Shown in pieces: positions 27,712 to 37,988 of a stretch of DNA of 64,000 nucleotides. The stretch lies in the UHGV virus genome UHGV-1383976; one strand, written 5' to 3'. The position numbers and the translations under genes are program-made. How positions within the stretch are numbered: the stretch's first letter is position 1; each line of letters begins with the position of its first letter. This DNA is from a virus. Under the pieces are notes generated by a model, which was not told the DNA's origin, ran no database searches, and saw only the letters and a list, made by a program, of their open reading frames with translations.

Positions 27712-29187
27712 ATGGCAAACACTACATTCAATACAAGAATACAGAATAAAATAGACACTTTTGCAAATTGGCAAACCAACAACCCTAAGTTGTTGAATGG
27801 CGAAATTGCAATTGTTGTCGTCCCAGCAAAAGCTGGTGCCGTTGCCCAAGAGCCGGCCATTTTGTTCAAGGTTGGCGATGGCGTAAAGTTATTCAAAGAA
27901 TTGGGCTGGGCAAGCGGTATTGCGGCTGATGTTTATGATTGGGCGAAAGCCGCCAGTAAGCCATCCTATAGTGCGGACGAAATTGACGGTTTGGAAGGTT
28001 ATATTGCTGGCCAGATTCAGGACACTGACACTCAATATAAGATTGAGGTTGATGCGGATGATCCTCATAAGTATTACCTATACTCTAAGAGCAAAGGTGG
28101 TGCTTGGGGGACTACTCCTATAAGCACCATTACCATTCCTGCCGATAAGGTTTATACCCTTGTTGAAGGTACGGCTAACGGTACGGTAAAGTTCGATGGA
28201 ACCGATGTAAAAGTTCATGGCCTTGGCTCTGCAGCTTATACTGATTCTACAGCATATGACGCGAAAGGCGCGGCAGATACGGCATTAGAAGCTGCGAAAG
28301 AGTATGCTAATGGCAAAGACGTATCTATTGCTGAAGCTAAAGCGGCTGGTGATAATGCAAAAGCAGCTGTCGATGCTCTGAGCGAAAAAGTTGGTACTGT
28401 TCCTAGTGATAAGACTGTCGTTCAAATGATTGCAGATGCGAAAACTGCTGCAACTTATGATGACACTGCAATCAAAGCATCAATCAAGACAAATACTGAC
28501 GCCATTACTAAGTTAAATGGTGCGGATACTGTTGAAGGTTCTGTTGATAAGAAGATAAAAGATGCAATCAATAAGTTTGCAACTGATGTTAGCGATAATA
28601 GTACAATCGACACATTCAAAGAGCTGATTGATTATGCGGCTAGCCATCAAGGTGAGTATTCTACCCTGTCTGCTGAAGTTCAAAAGAACACGACCGCAAT
28701 AGCAACTTTGAATGGTGATGGCGCGGGTTCTGTCACTAAGGCCATCAGCGATGCAGTTGATGCTGCGAAAACTGAACTGCAGACCAGCATTGGCGGTAAG
28801 GTCGATAAGGAAGAAGGCAAAGGGCTTTCTACTAATGACTATACGACAACTGAGAAGACTAAGCTTTCTAAAATCGCTGAAGGCGCACAAGTCAATGTCA
28901 TTGAAGAAATTCAAGTCAATGGAACAAAAGTCGCTCCTTCTGGTAAGAAAGTCAATATTTCTGTCCCGACTGGCGCGCTGGCAAGTAAGAGTGAAGTGGC
29001 TAAAACGGACTTGGCCGCGGCTCTTAAAACTGAAATTGAAGGGAAGGTCAATTCAGCCGATTGTGGCGATATTATTTCTCATAACGCAAGTGAGTTTGCT
29101 GTCGCTAATCACAATCACAAAATTGAAGACTTAACTCAAACAGATTATATAATTTTTAACTGCGGTTCTTCTTCTACGGTAATATAA
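27712..29187 (+). CDS. tail fibre protein paralog
   Basis: N-terminal motif + GKGLSTNDYTTTEKTKL repeat. Confidence 0.6.
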   Translation: MANTTFNTRIQNKIDTFANWQTNNPKLLNGEIAIVVVPAKAGAVAQEPAILFKVGDGVKLFKELGWASGIAADVYDWAKAASKPSYSADEIDGLEGYIAGQIQDTDTQYKIEVDADDPHKYYLYSKSKGGAWGTTPISTITIPADKVYTLVEGTANGTVKFDGTDVKVHGLGSAAYTDSTAYDAKGAADTALEAAKEYANGKDVSIAEAKAAGDNAKAAVDALSEKVGTVPSDKTVVQMIADAKTAATYDDTAIKASIKTNTDAITKLNGADTVEGSVDKKIKDAINKFATDVSDNSTIDTFKELIDYAASHQGEYSTLSAEVQKNTTAIATLNGDGAGSVTKAISDAVDAAKTELQTSIGGKVDKEEGKGLSTNDYTTTEKTKLSKIAEGAQVNVIEEIQVNGTKVAPSGKKVNISVPTGALASKSEVAKTDLAAALKTEIEGKVNSADCGDIISHNASEFAVANHNHKIEDLTQTDYIIFNCGSSSTVI

Positions 29188-29191
29188 ATCT

Positions 29192-29236
29192 ATGAAAACC
29201 CGCCTCGTTTTTAAAACGAACGGGGCGGGTGTTTCT
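29192..29236 (+). terminator. rho-independent terminator
   Basis: aaaacccgcctcgtt/aacgaacggggcgggtg hairpin. Confidence 0.5.
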
Positions 29237-29254
29237 ATTTTAGGAGGTTTTTCA

Positions 29255-30139
29255 ATGGCTCGTGAATTTCTTTCAAGAATACAAAATAAACGAGACACTA
29301 GTGCAAACTGGACAAAAAATAATCCTGTAATTCTCAATGGCGAAATTATTCTGGTTGATACAGCGGAAGGCGAACTTCGCGCGAAAATTGGTGATGGGAC
29401 TAAAACTTATACACAGTTGCCGTTTTCTGACGAGGCATTGAAAAGCCTCATAAATACGGTAGCGCAAAATGTAGCGGATAATACAACGGCGAGGCATAGT
29501 CATAGTAATAAAGATGTGTTGGATAAAATTACAGGAATTGTTACGAAAGATAATGTTAACAAGCCCGCGCATACTAGTGATCTTGTTGACTATTCAGGGT
29601 TTCAAGCTGGAAGCCAGCAAATTATAAATCAGATTCCTACTAAAACAAGTGATATTACTAATGATAGTGGGTTTACAACTGAAACTTATGTAAACACCAA
29701 AGTAGCTGGTATTGTAAATTCCGCACCTGAAACTCTCGACACTCTAAACGAACTTGCGGAAGCCCTTGGTAATGACCCAAATTTTGCAACTACGATGGCA
29801 ACTGAGCTGGGCAAAAAGGTTAATGCTGAAACAGGCAAGGGCTTATCTACAAATGACCTAACTACGACCCTCAAATCACATTATGATACAGCTTACACGC
29901 ATAGCCAAACCGCGCACGCGCCTTCAAATGCGGAGCGTAACGTAATTGTCGGTATTCAGAAGAATGGAACAGATATTAGTGTAAATGCCTCTACTCGTAA
30001 GGTAAATATCACCGTTCCAACAAAGACATCTGAGCTAACTAATGACAGCAGTTTTATCAAAGGCCCTTTTCTAACAGAGGGTGAGATCGATACGATTTGC
30101 GGAACGGCTGTGGCAAATGCATCTAATTTGACTTACTAA
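29255..30139 (+). CDS. tail fibre protein paralog
   Basis: RBS taggagg; N-terminal motif; GKGLSTNDLT repeat. Confidence 0.6.
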   Translation: MAREFLSRIQNKRDTSANWTKNNPVILNGEIILVDTAEGELRAKIGDGTKTYTQLPFSDEALKSLINTVAQNVADNTTARHSHSNKDVLDKITGIVTKDNVNKPAHTSDLVDYSGFQAGSQQIINQIPTKTSDITNDSGFTTETYVNTKVAGIVNSAPETLDTLNELAEALGNDPNFATTMATELGKKVNAETGKGLSTNDLTTTLKSHYDTAYTHSQTAHAPSNAERNVIVGIQKNGTDISVNASTRKVNITVPTKTSELTNDSSFIKGPFLTEGEIDTICGTAVANASNLTY

Positions 30140-30161
30140 TTGGAGTAAAGGAGGAATATAA

Positions 30162-31025
30162 ATGGCACAAACTGAGAAACCTTTAGGCACGACAGGCGCA
30201 GCACGCCTATGGCATAATTTTATACAAAAATTAAATACTGTAAAAACTGAGCTTCAGGCAGATATTGACAATAAGGTTGATAAAGAAACTGGCAAAGGAT
30301 TGTCTTCTAATGATTATACGTCTGGAGAGAAATCCAAACTTGCTGGTATTGCCGCGAATGCAAACAATTATAGTCTGCCCAAAGCAGGGAGCTCTCTTGG
30401 TGGTGTTCAAAGTGGTGGTGACGTGTCTATTGCAAATGGCTTAATTTCTTATGAGTCTACAATGCCTATAGCAAAAGGCGGTACTGGAGCGACAAACGCT
30501 GCGCAAGCCTGTACGAATTTGGGGGCTTTACCTACGGCTGGTGGTACAATGACTGGCCCACTCAAGTTGACCAAAGATGTTCACTATGGTGCGACTGAAC
30601 CTTCTCATCCAACCACTGGTCAAATGTTCTTGAAAGAAGTCAATGTTGCACAGCTTGTCTATCCGGTTGGTGCGATTTATATGTCAACTGTTGCAACTAA
30701 TCCAAGTACGCTGTTTGGATTCGGCACGTGGGAGCAAATCAAGGACACATTTCTACTTGCGGCTGGTAACACCTATACAGGCGGTTCAACAGGCGGTGAA
30801 GCGGCGGTAACACTAACAACAAAGCAAATACCTTCACACAACCACGCAATCTTTTATCCTAATGCAGGCGCTGGAAATAATTATGCCCCGATTGGATACC
30901 CGAACGTAGGTAGTAAAAGTACCTTTTGGGCAGTCGGTTCCTATACAGGAGATGTTGGCGGTGGAGAAGCCCATAACAATATGCCTCCTTATTTGGCAGT
31001 TTATGTTTGGAAGAGAACGGCATAA
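30162..31025 (+). CDS. tail fibre protein (Phage_fiber_2-like GGTGA..A..NLG repeat)
   Basis: GKGLSSNDYTSGEKSKL + IAKGGTGATNAAQACTNLGAL. Confidence 0.6.
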   Translation: MAQTEKPLGTTGAARLWHNFIQKLNTVKTELQADIDNKVDKETGKGLSSNDYTSGEKSKLAGIAANANNYSLPKAGSSLGGVQSGGDVSIANGLISYESTMPIAKGGTGATNAAQACTNLGALPTAGGTMTGPLKLTKDVHYGATEPSHPTTGQMFLKEVNVAQLVYPVGAIYMSTVATNPSTLFGFGTWEQIKDTFLLAAGNTYTGGSTGGEAAVTLTTKQIPSHNHAIFYPNAGAGNNYAPIGYPNVGSKSTFWAVGSYTGDVGGGEAHNNMPPYLAVYVWKRTA

Positions 31026-31039
31026 GGTAGGTGTTCTAA

Positions 31040-32095
31040 ATGGCACAGATATCTTACCGTGTTGAAAATACGATTTATAGTTGGAGCACAACATCATATC
31101 TAAACTATACAACATCATATAATTCATTAACAAATCAAACTACAGTTACTTTTGAAAGTTGCGATCAGTCCTATTGGGGCACAGCGAACTATGGTACAAG
31201 TGTCACGACAAATATTACAGTCACAGCGGTTGATAATGCTTCTAGTGTGGAGACTTCTTATCTTAAAATTGATGGATATACAAACGGCGGTACGAAACAA
31301 TTTATTGGAACCCCATCTCCTGCTTCTGTCGTGGTGACGCACTCATCAGCAAGTGGTGCGAAACGGGTCAAGATTGATGTTTCTACAGCAATTTTCGTAG
31401 CAATGAGCGGCCGTATCCAGAAAACGGCAAATGGTTCTGGCACAGCAACCGTCACTTCTGGCACTCACTATCCTGAGCGAATTTTATCAATTAGTGCTGA
31501 AAATGCAACTGTAACTTGTCAACGTACAAGTTCGCCTGCCGGCGCAGGAACTGGCATATTAACAAATGGCGCAACGATTTATGACAGCGATGTTTTGAAA
31601 TTTACCTTTACGCCAGCAGCTAATTATACAATTAAGACACACACTGTAAATGGAGCTATATTTACATCTGGCCATTCGCATACTGTTAATGGCAATGTCA
31701 CTGTTGTAGTAGTTGCTGAACCGTCAATTTTTACATTATCTCTCAACCATGATAACGGTGTAAATTTAACGGTCAAACGAAATGGCACAGTCTTAGCAAA
31801 TGGAGCGGTATTGAATAAAGGAGAGGTTTTGACTGTTACTTATAGTTTAAAAGATGGTAACACGACCTCTATTCAAGAAGCGACCTTAAACGGTTCCCCA
31901 ATTTCGTCTGGTGCAACTCATACTGTCAATGGCAGTGTTGTTATTCGAGTTTATTCCCAAATGAAACAAACTCAATGTATGGTTTATCAGGCTGAAGTGT
32001 ATAATGGCTCAAACTGGGCAAATGTGGGTTTAGTTGAATTCTATGACTCGAAGTGGAAATATTATGGATACTTGGGTGCCGGGTCCGGTGTGTGA
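31040..32095 (+). CDS. Thr/Ser-rich adhesin-like tail protein
   Basis: ORF in the tail-fibre module. Confidence 0.45.
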   Translation: MAQISYRVENTIYSWSTTSYLNYTTSYNSLTNQTTVTFESCDQSYWGTANYGTSVTTNITVTAVDNASSVETSYLKIDGYTNGGTKQFIGTPSPASVVVTHSSASGAKRVKIDVSTAIFVAMSGRIQKTANGSGTATVTSGTHYPERILSISAENATVTCQRTSSPAGAGTGILTNGATIYDSDVLKFTFTPAANYTIKTHTVNGAIFTSGHSHTVNGNVTVVVVAEPSIFTLSLNHDNGVNLTVKRNGTVLANGAVLNKGEVLTVTYSLKDGNTTSIQEATLNGSPISSGATHTVNGSVVIRVYSQMKQTQCMVYQAEVYNGSNWANVGLVEFYDSKWKYYGYLGAGSGV

Positions 32096-32142
32096 ATAAA
32101 AATATAAGATAATTGAGATTTTACAAAAGGAGATCAATTCAA

Positions 32143-33138
32143 ATGATAGGCGTAGACCTAAATCAATATCGTAATCTACCTGATTACGCACAACTTAAAA
32201 AGGATGGTTATGAGTTCGCCATTATAAAACTGGCAACTGGTGTAACCTTTACTAACCCGCTTTTTCAAACCCAGTTTAGTGGTTGTAAGTCAGCCGGCCT
32301 AAACATCGGCGTTTATACTCGTGCCGACAAGCAACCTACAAGCGGCGCACAGGAAGCTGCCTATGCACTCAACATACTAGGTAATCGTCATGTAGATTTC
32401 CCCATCTACTATGACGTAGAGGGAGAAACACTAAATCTTTCAAAAGACAAGCTGACTCAGCTGGCTCTTGATTTTGGTAAAGCAATAAAACGCGCAGGAT
32501 ATCGCTGGGGTATTTATACATCCCGCGCACATTTCAAATGCTTTGACCTTGACAGGCTGAAAGAAGCTGGCGCATCTATATGGTGCGCCGCCTATGATAA
32601 TCAAGCTGGTATGGAGTGCGACATTTGGCAAAAGTCAGATAAAGGCTCTATTACAGGATATTCTGGACCAGTTGATGTAGATGTTTTATATAATGAAAGC
32701 ATAATACAGAAGGAGGAAAATAAAATGAGTTTGAATTTGATAAAATGTTTTCAAACACAAGGCGCGTGGTATAATCAAACCACAAATGGAACTCCTGTTG
32801 GGGTATGTTGGCACGATACCGGCGCTGGTAACCCAACATTGAAGCGCTATGTCCAGCCATCTACTAATGACCCCGATTATAATTATTTTATAAACCTTAT
32901 CGGCAAGAACAATAATGGCAATCACTGGAATCGTATGGCCGCAAATCAGGCAGGATTGAACGCTTGGATTGGTCAACTCGCGGATGGCAGTGTTGCTACT
33001 GTTCAGGCTGGCCCTTGGGAAAAGCGTCCTTGGGGTGTTGGCTCTGGCAGATACGGTTCACTTAATGGTGATAAGAATGTGCCTAATGATAAGTTTTGGA
33101 TCCAGTTTGAGATTACATCGTTGCTAGTCTCCGCGTAA
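32143..33138 (+). CDS. endolysin exon 1 (GH25 muramidase + N-terminal half of amidase_2)
   Basis: IGVDLNQY...GYEFAIIKAT (GH25); VCWHDTGAGN...GSLNGD (amidase_2 front half). Confidence 0.65.
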   Translation: MIGVDLNQYRNLPDYAQLKKDGYEFAIIKLATGVTFTNPLFQTQFSGCKSAGLNIGVYTRADKQPTSGAQEAAYALNILGNRHVDFPIYYDVEGETLNLSKDKLTQLALDFGKAIKRAGYRWGIYTSRAHFKCFDLDRLKEAGASIWCAAYDNQAGMECDIWQKSDKGSITGYSGPVDVDVLYNESIIQKEENKMSLNLIKCFQTQGAWYNQTTNGTPVGVCWHDTGAGNPTLKRYVQPSTNDPDYNYFINLIGKNNNGNHWNRMAANQAGLNAWIGQLADGSVATVQAGPWEKRPWGVGSGRYGSLNGDKNVPNDKFWIQFEITSLLVSA

Positions 33139-34182
33139 AGCGATTTGCGTGTAAAAATACATATCGAATTGCTGGAAAACCGTAAAGCTATTCTTGCTAC
33201 AACGTAAGGATGAAACAAGCCTAAGCGTGAAAGCCGCGAAAGCAGAAAGAAAAGAATAGATGGCGTATGGTTAAATCCTAAGCGCTATATAATTGGCAAT
33301 CAGCAGCTAAGCCTTGAATAAAGGAAAGTTCAACGACTAAGTGCCTTGCAAGCGATTGGCAAGGACAGTGGTATGCGGCTCATTGAGCCGAAGATATAGT
33401 CTGTGCTTCGAGAGAAATCCGAAGGAGCGAAAGCTCAGTGCGGGGTAGCGCCCAAAAAGTTTATTTTGAATGGAGAAAGAAATGACTTATAAAGAATTTA
33501 TTGACAATATTTTAGAAGAACGAGGACGTTTTTCGTGTGGAGAGGAATATCACGAGAGGCATCACATTCTTCCTAAGTGCAAAGGCGGCACAGATGATAA
33601 AGAAAATTTGATTGACTTATTTGCTAAAGAGCATTTTATTGCGCATAAATTGTTAGCTGAAGAAAATCCTGAAGATATAAGTTTGGTTAGGGCTTATCAA
33701 TGCATGACAATAGCTAGAAATCCAAAAACTGCACGATATATTGCTTCTTCTGAAGAGTATGAGGAAGCAAGAAAAATGTTTTCAGAAGCTCTCAAAGAAT
33801 TATATAAAGACAAAACAAAGCATCCAAGCTATGGCAAACATATTAGTGAAGAAAGAAAACAACGAATTAGTGAAGCCAATAAAGGAAATAAGTATTGCGT
33901 TGGCCGGAAAGTTTCAGAAGAAACACGCAAGAAAATAAGTGAAGCCAATTCGAACCCTTCCGCCGAAACGCGTGAAAAAATGAGTCAATCTCAAAAGAAG
34001 CTCGCACGGTGGGATGGAGCAAAGAATCCTAAAGCTCGAAAAGTTGTTCGTCTTTCTGATGGGAAAGTTTATGATTGTATTAAATATGCCGCCGAAGAAA
34101 ATAATATTCCTCTCTCCACTTTCAAAAGTAGATTACACAAAGGCAAAGGCGATTTTGTGTATTTCGAAGACTATCAAAATAA
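33139..34182 (+). mobile_element. putative group I intron carrying an HNH endonuclease
   Basis: 330-nt GC-rich ORF-free 5' segment + HNH ORF; splits the amidase_2 domain. Confidence 0.55.
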
Positions 34183-34192
34183 ACAGCACTAA
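33470..34192 (+). CDS. HNH homing endonuclease with NUMOD-like repeats
   Basis: HHILPKCKGGTDDKENL..HF.AH HNH motif; repeated ISEE/EANKG modules. Confidence 0.7.
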   Translation: MEKEMTYKEFIDNILEERGRFSCGEEYHERHHILPKCKGGTDDKENLIDLFAKEHFIAHKLLAEENPEDISLVRAYQCMTIARNPKTARYIASSEEYEEARKMFSEALKELYKDKTKHPSYGKHISEERKQRISEANKGNKYCVGRKVSEETRKKISEANSNPSAETREKMSQSQKKLARWDGAKNPKARKVVRLSDGKVYDCIKYAAEENNIPLSTFKSRLHKGKGDFVYFEDYQNKQH

Positions 34193-35265
34193 ACACAAAC
34201 AGATGTGACGATTACGCACACAACCAACCTTGTCGCAGATCTTATTTTGAACAAGCCTATCAGCAAGCTGTCGAATTTACTGCCTACATTTGCCAACTCT
34301 ATAACATAGACCCGTTTGGCACCGCCAATTACCGTGGCCACGATATTCCGACAATTTGTTGCCACTATGATAGCTATAAGTTTGGTTTTGGTTCCAATCA
34401 CAATGATGTCTATCAATGGTTCAATCGTTTTGGTAAAACTATGGATGATGTCAGACGCGATGTTGGCGCACTAATGGGTAAGGTTGTCGTTCCTGATACT
34501 CCCGACCCTGTCATTCCTTCTCAGCCATCTCGGCCTTCTAACCCTTATCCGACACTTAGGGTTAGCGCACATGGCGTTGCCGTCAAAACTGCGCAACAAC
34601 GTCTTATCGCACACGGTTATGATGTTGGTTCCGCTGGTGCTGATGGCTGGTTTGGTGAAGGTACTCTCAAGGCCGTCAAGAGGTTTCAGTCTGATAAGGG
34701 TCTTACTGTTGATGGCATAATTGGCTCTGCTACTTGGACAGCGCTAAACAAAGAGCCAGAGAAGAAAGAAGAACCAGTGCAGCCTGTGCAACCAAGTGAG
34801 CCAGCTAAGCCTATCCAACCATCCACTAATCGTCCGACAATCGGCGTTGGTGATAGTGGAGCTTACGTAAAAGAAGCCCAAACAATGCTGAAAAAGCTGG
34901 GCTATAACATTGGCTCCTATGGTGCGGATGGTGTGTTCGGCAACTCTACCAAAGGTGCAGTTCTCAATTTCCAAAAGAAGAGCAACCTCGATGCTGATGG
35001 CATTGTTGGCCCGAACACTTGGGCCAAACTCGATAAACAAATTGCCGCGCTATCTGATAATTCGACTAGCTCTAGTGGAGTTCCATTCCTTGTTCGAGTC
35101 AATTCAAATGCCCTTAACATTCGTAAAGGCCCCGGTACTAATTATGCTATTGCTCGTACTATAACCGACCGTGGCACCTACACAATAGTTGAAGTATCTG
35201 GTGATTGGGGCAAACTCAAGAGCGGCGCAGGCTGGATAAATCTGAATTATACTACCAGAGTTTGA
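34183..35265 (+). CDS. endolysin exon 2 (amidase_2 C-terminal half + 2×PG_binding_1 + SH3)
   Basis: frame open from 34183: RGHDIPTICCHYDS (amidase_2 Zn site); two PG-binding repeats; SH3b. Confidence 0.6.
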   Translation, partial: TALNTNRCDDYAHNQPCRRSYFEQAYQQAVEFTAYICQLYNIDPFGTANYRGHDIPTICCHYDSYKFGFGSNHNDVYQWFNRFGKTMDDVRRDVGALMGKVVVPDTPDPVIPSQPSRPSNPYPTLRVSAHGVAVKTAQQRLIAHGYDVGSAGADGWFGEGTLKAVKRFQSDKGLTVDGIIGSATWTALNKEPEKKEEPVQPVQPSEPAKPIQPSTNRPTIGVGDSGAYVKEAQTMLKKLGYNIGSYGADGVFGNSTKGAVLNFQKKSNLDADGIVGPNTWAKLDKQIAALSDNSTSSSGVPFLVRVNSNALNIRKGPGTNYAIARTITDRGTYTIVEVSGDWGKLKSGAGWINLNYTTRV

Positions 35266-35267
35266 TA

Positions 35268-35302
35268 CACGACACTCCTGTTTATCAGGAGTGTCTTTTT
35301 TT
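35268..35302 (+). terminator. rho-independent terminator
   Basis: acacgacactcctg/caggagtgtc followed by a T-run. Confidence 0.6.
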
Positions 35303-35311
35303 GAATGAAAT

Positions 35312-35340
35312 TTGATTTTTTTAAAATAGTATGCTATAAT
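35312..35340 (+). promoter_or_regulatory. family-A promoter
   Basis: TTGATT-17-TATAATATATATAGAAAATG. Confidence 0.6.
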
Positions 35341-35372
35341 ATATATAGAAAATGAGAAAAGGAGCTAATGAA

Positions 35373-35624
35373 ATGACTTCAAAAGAATTGGTAATAAAGG
35401 TGCTTGATAATCATGGCTGTCAGGATGTATATGCTATTGCGCGCGATGCCAAAAGATTATTCAAGGAAGACATAACTCCTTCTTCCGCTGGCGCGGCCCT
35501 CCGTTCGTTGGCAAAAGAAGGTGAGGTTGGCTCCTCACGAGATGGCAATGGCCGCACAATTTATTGGCTGGCCCGCACAAATAAGTACCATTGGGATGGG
35601 TATCTAAAGGGGGAGAATGAGTAA
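35373..35624 (+). CDS. hypothetical (winged-helix-like) protein
   Basis: RBS + ATG. Confidence 0.45.
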   Translation: MTSKELVIKVLDNHGCQDVYAIARDAKRLFKEDITPSSAGAALRSLAKEGEVGSSRDGNGRTIYWLARTNKYHWDGYLKGENE

Positions 35625-35996
35625 GTGAATTACAAGAATCGCGGTTATGATGTTTGGGAAAATGGCAAGATAATTTATAATGATGTTCAGATGGATTTTG
35701 TTGTTAAACTGATGCAGGAAAATGGTGCACCACTGGTAGTAACGCCGCACAGTGAACTGGTTGATCTTGGGACTGGACGATGGCCGCACAACCTATCGAA
35801 TGAAGAGCTGATTCAGGAAAATTCTTCTCTCCTTGATGATCTAATGAAGGCTCAAGACGATCTGGCTGATACTAACGCACAGTTAAGCGAAGCACAGGCC
35901 GCTCTTCATTATATGAGACACCTTTATGAGCAGCTAGAAAGTAAGTATGCGGAAGTCAAGCGTGTATATAAACAAATGGAGGAGGCACTAAAATGA
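35625..35996 (+). CDS. hypothetical protein (GTG start)
   Basis: RBS gggggag. Confidence 0.45.
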   Translation: MNYKNRGYDVWENGKIIYNDVQMDFVVKLMQENGAPLVVTPHSELVDLGTGRWPHNLSNEELIQENSSLLDDLMKAQDDLADTNAQLSEAQAALHYMRHLYEQLESKYAEVKRVYKQMEEALK

Positions 35997-36349
35997 GAAC
36001 GTTGAATCGCAAGAAGGCATTACGAAAAGTAAATAAAGTTGTGCGTGAACTCAATGAAGGAATGAGACGAGATAATCTGTGGCGTGGCCGCTTTTGGATT
36101 AGACAAAAAGAATTTTATGCTAAGCCTTATCCTGATAATTCTGGGCTTCAAGGCGTTGTTGTTCTTGAATTCCACGACCTCAAGACAGGATACGTTAGTG
36201 ATAAGATTTTTGACTTGATAAATTTTGAAGCCCCTTTTACGTGGCATATATGGCGCGATCTCAATACATTTATAACAGAAGAATGTGATGTATGGCGAAA
36301 GGAAGGTCGTGAAGCACTTTACTCTGATACGACTATATATAGAAAGTGA
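35993..36349 (+). CDS. hypothetical protein
   Basis: coupled ORF. Confidence 0.45.
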   Translation: MRTLNRKKALRKVNKVVRELNEGMRRDNLWRGRFWIRQKEFYAKPYPDNSGLQGVVVLEFHDLKTGYVSDKIFDLINFEAPFTWHIWRDLNTFITEECDVWRKEGREALYSDTTIYRK

Positions 36350-36358
36350 GAAGATGAA

Positions 36359-37564
36359 ATGCTTGATGTAAAAATTTTTGCACGTTGTATTGAACAGACC
36401 GCTGAAGAGCAAATATACGATTTAGCCGCCTCGTCGATAGGAGAAAACGCGCACATACGAATAATGCCGGATGCGCACGCTGGTAAGGGATGCGTAATTG
36501 GAACTACTATGTTAGTAAAAGATAAGATTTGCCCTAATATTGTTGGCGTTGACATTGGATGCGGAGTTACTGCTGCAAAAATTAACTGTCCTTTGATCAT
36601 GGATGAGTTAATGTTTTTGCGCGAACGCCTTGTAGATGGCGCAATACCATCAGGAAGCACTATATACAACGAATTTAGAGATTGGGATCCTTTTTTTGAA
36701 CTTGGCGCAACTATCCTTCGTAAGTTGAGATGTAAGGAAATTTACAATAAGTGTGAAATTGATTATTTTGCTAAGTCTATGGGAACACTCGGAGGCGGAA
36801 ATCATTTCATTGAAATAGACGAAGACTCCGATGGCAATCATTGGATTGTTGTACATACTGGCTCGCGCAATTTGGGCCTTCAGGTAGCAAAGTATTATCA
36901 AAACAGAGCAGAAATGCGAATTCTTGAAGAATATACTCACAAGCGTAATGCAGCTATCACTACGCTGAAAGAGGAAGGCCGCCAGCGTGAAATTTCAGAG
37001 GTATTAGCCTCTATCAAAAAAGATGCGCCATCTAAGTTTGATTATTTAGTAGATAATGACTATAATAACTATCTTCGCGATATGGCACTTTGTCAGAAGT
37101 GGGCAAAATATAACCGAGCAAATATTATTTATAACATTGCTGCAATTTTAAATCGCAAAGTTACAATGACAGTTGAGTCAGTTCATAACTATATAGATTT
37201 TTCAACTCAAACACCTATCCTCCGCAAGGGCGCAATTTCGGCTAAGTATGACGAGATTTGTCTTATTCCACTCAATATGCGGGATGGTACGCTACTGTGC
37301 CGTGGAAAAGGTAACTCTGATTGGAACTTATCAGCTCCACATGGAGCCGGACGACTTATGTCTCGCGCTCAGGCAAGAAAAGAATTATCTTTAGACGAGT
37401 TTGAAAAATCAATGGACGGCATTGTGTCAAACGTTTGTGCAGAAACCATTGATGAAGCACCTTTCGCTTACAAGAATTGGGAAGAGATTGAAGAAGCTGT
37501 GCGGCCTACCGTTGAAATTATTGACCACTGGAAGCCAATTTTCAATTTTAAGGCGATGTCTTAA
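36359..37564 (+). CDS. rtcB: RtcB RNA ligase (3'-phosphate/5'-OH)
   Basis: MPDAHAGKG, GVDIGCG, GGGNHF.E, HTGSR.LG, HNY, RKGA, SAPHGAGR motifs. Confidence 0.8.
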   Translation: MLDVKIFARCIEQTAEEQIYDLAASSIGENAHIRIMPDAHAGKGCVIGTTMLVKDKICPNIVGVDIGCGVTAAKINCPLIMDELMFLRERLVDGAIPSGSTIYNEFRDWDPFFELGATILRKLRCKEIYNKCEIDYFAKSMGTLGGGNHFIEIDEDSDGNHWIVVHTGSRNLGLQVAKYYQNRAEMRILEEYTHKRNAAITTLKEEGRQREISEVLASIKKDAPSKFDYLVDNDYNNYLRDMALCQKWAKYNRANIIYNIAAILNRKVTMTVESVHNYIDFSTQTPILRKGAISAKYDEICLIPLNMRDGTLLCRGKGNSDWNLSAPHGAGRLMSRAQARKELSLDEFEKSMDGIVSNVCAETIDEAPFAYKNWEEIEEAVRPTVEIIDHWKPIFNFKAMS

Positions 37565-37569
37565 AAAAT

Positions 37570-37598
37570 TTGATTTTTTATAAAAATTAAGCTATAAT
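37570..37598 (+). promoter_or_regulatory. family-A promoter
   Basis: TTGATT-17-TATAAT. Confidence 0.6.
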
Positions 37599-37629
37599 AT
37601 ATATAGAAAATGAAAGTGAGGGAAAGAAA

Positions 37630-37974
37630 ATGAAAAAAATTCTGATACTTACAGCCGAAGGCGCAACTCAGTATTTTATTCGTCAGAGTGCGACTGTGCG
37701 GCGGTGTGATAAAAGTGAGGTTCTTTCTCTTATGCTCAAGCCGCACTTGTTTAAAGTTGAAAGACGCCGCGTCAATGGAGGAGACTTGTGTGCGAATGTC
37801 TCACGTGATGTAGATAAATCATCTAAAAGACATTTCGATAAGACGTGGTATGCGGCATATGTATTGACTTGTTTCAATTGTTTGTTCCTTGGTTTCAACA
37901 ATTCGCTTCCCGACGAAGATTGTGAGCATTTTGATACGTTATGGGAGTATGCTAAAACAGGTAAAGTGTCATAA
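37630..37974 (+). CDS. hypothetical protein
   Basis: ORF. Confidence 0.45.
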   Translation: MKKILILTAEGATQYFIRQSATVRRCDKSEVLSLMLKPHLFKVERRRVNGGDLCANVSRDVDKSSKRHFDKTWYAAYVLTCFNCLFLGFNNSLPDEDCEHFDTLWEYAKTGKVS

Positions 37975-37988
37975 AGGAGGTATATCTA

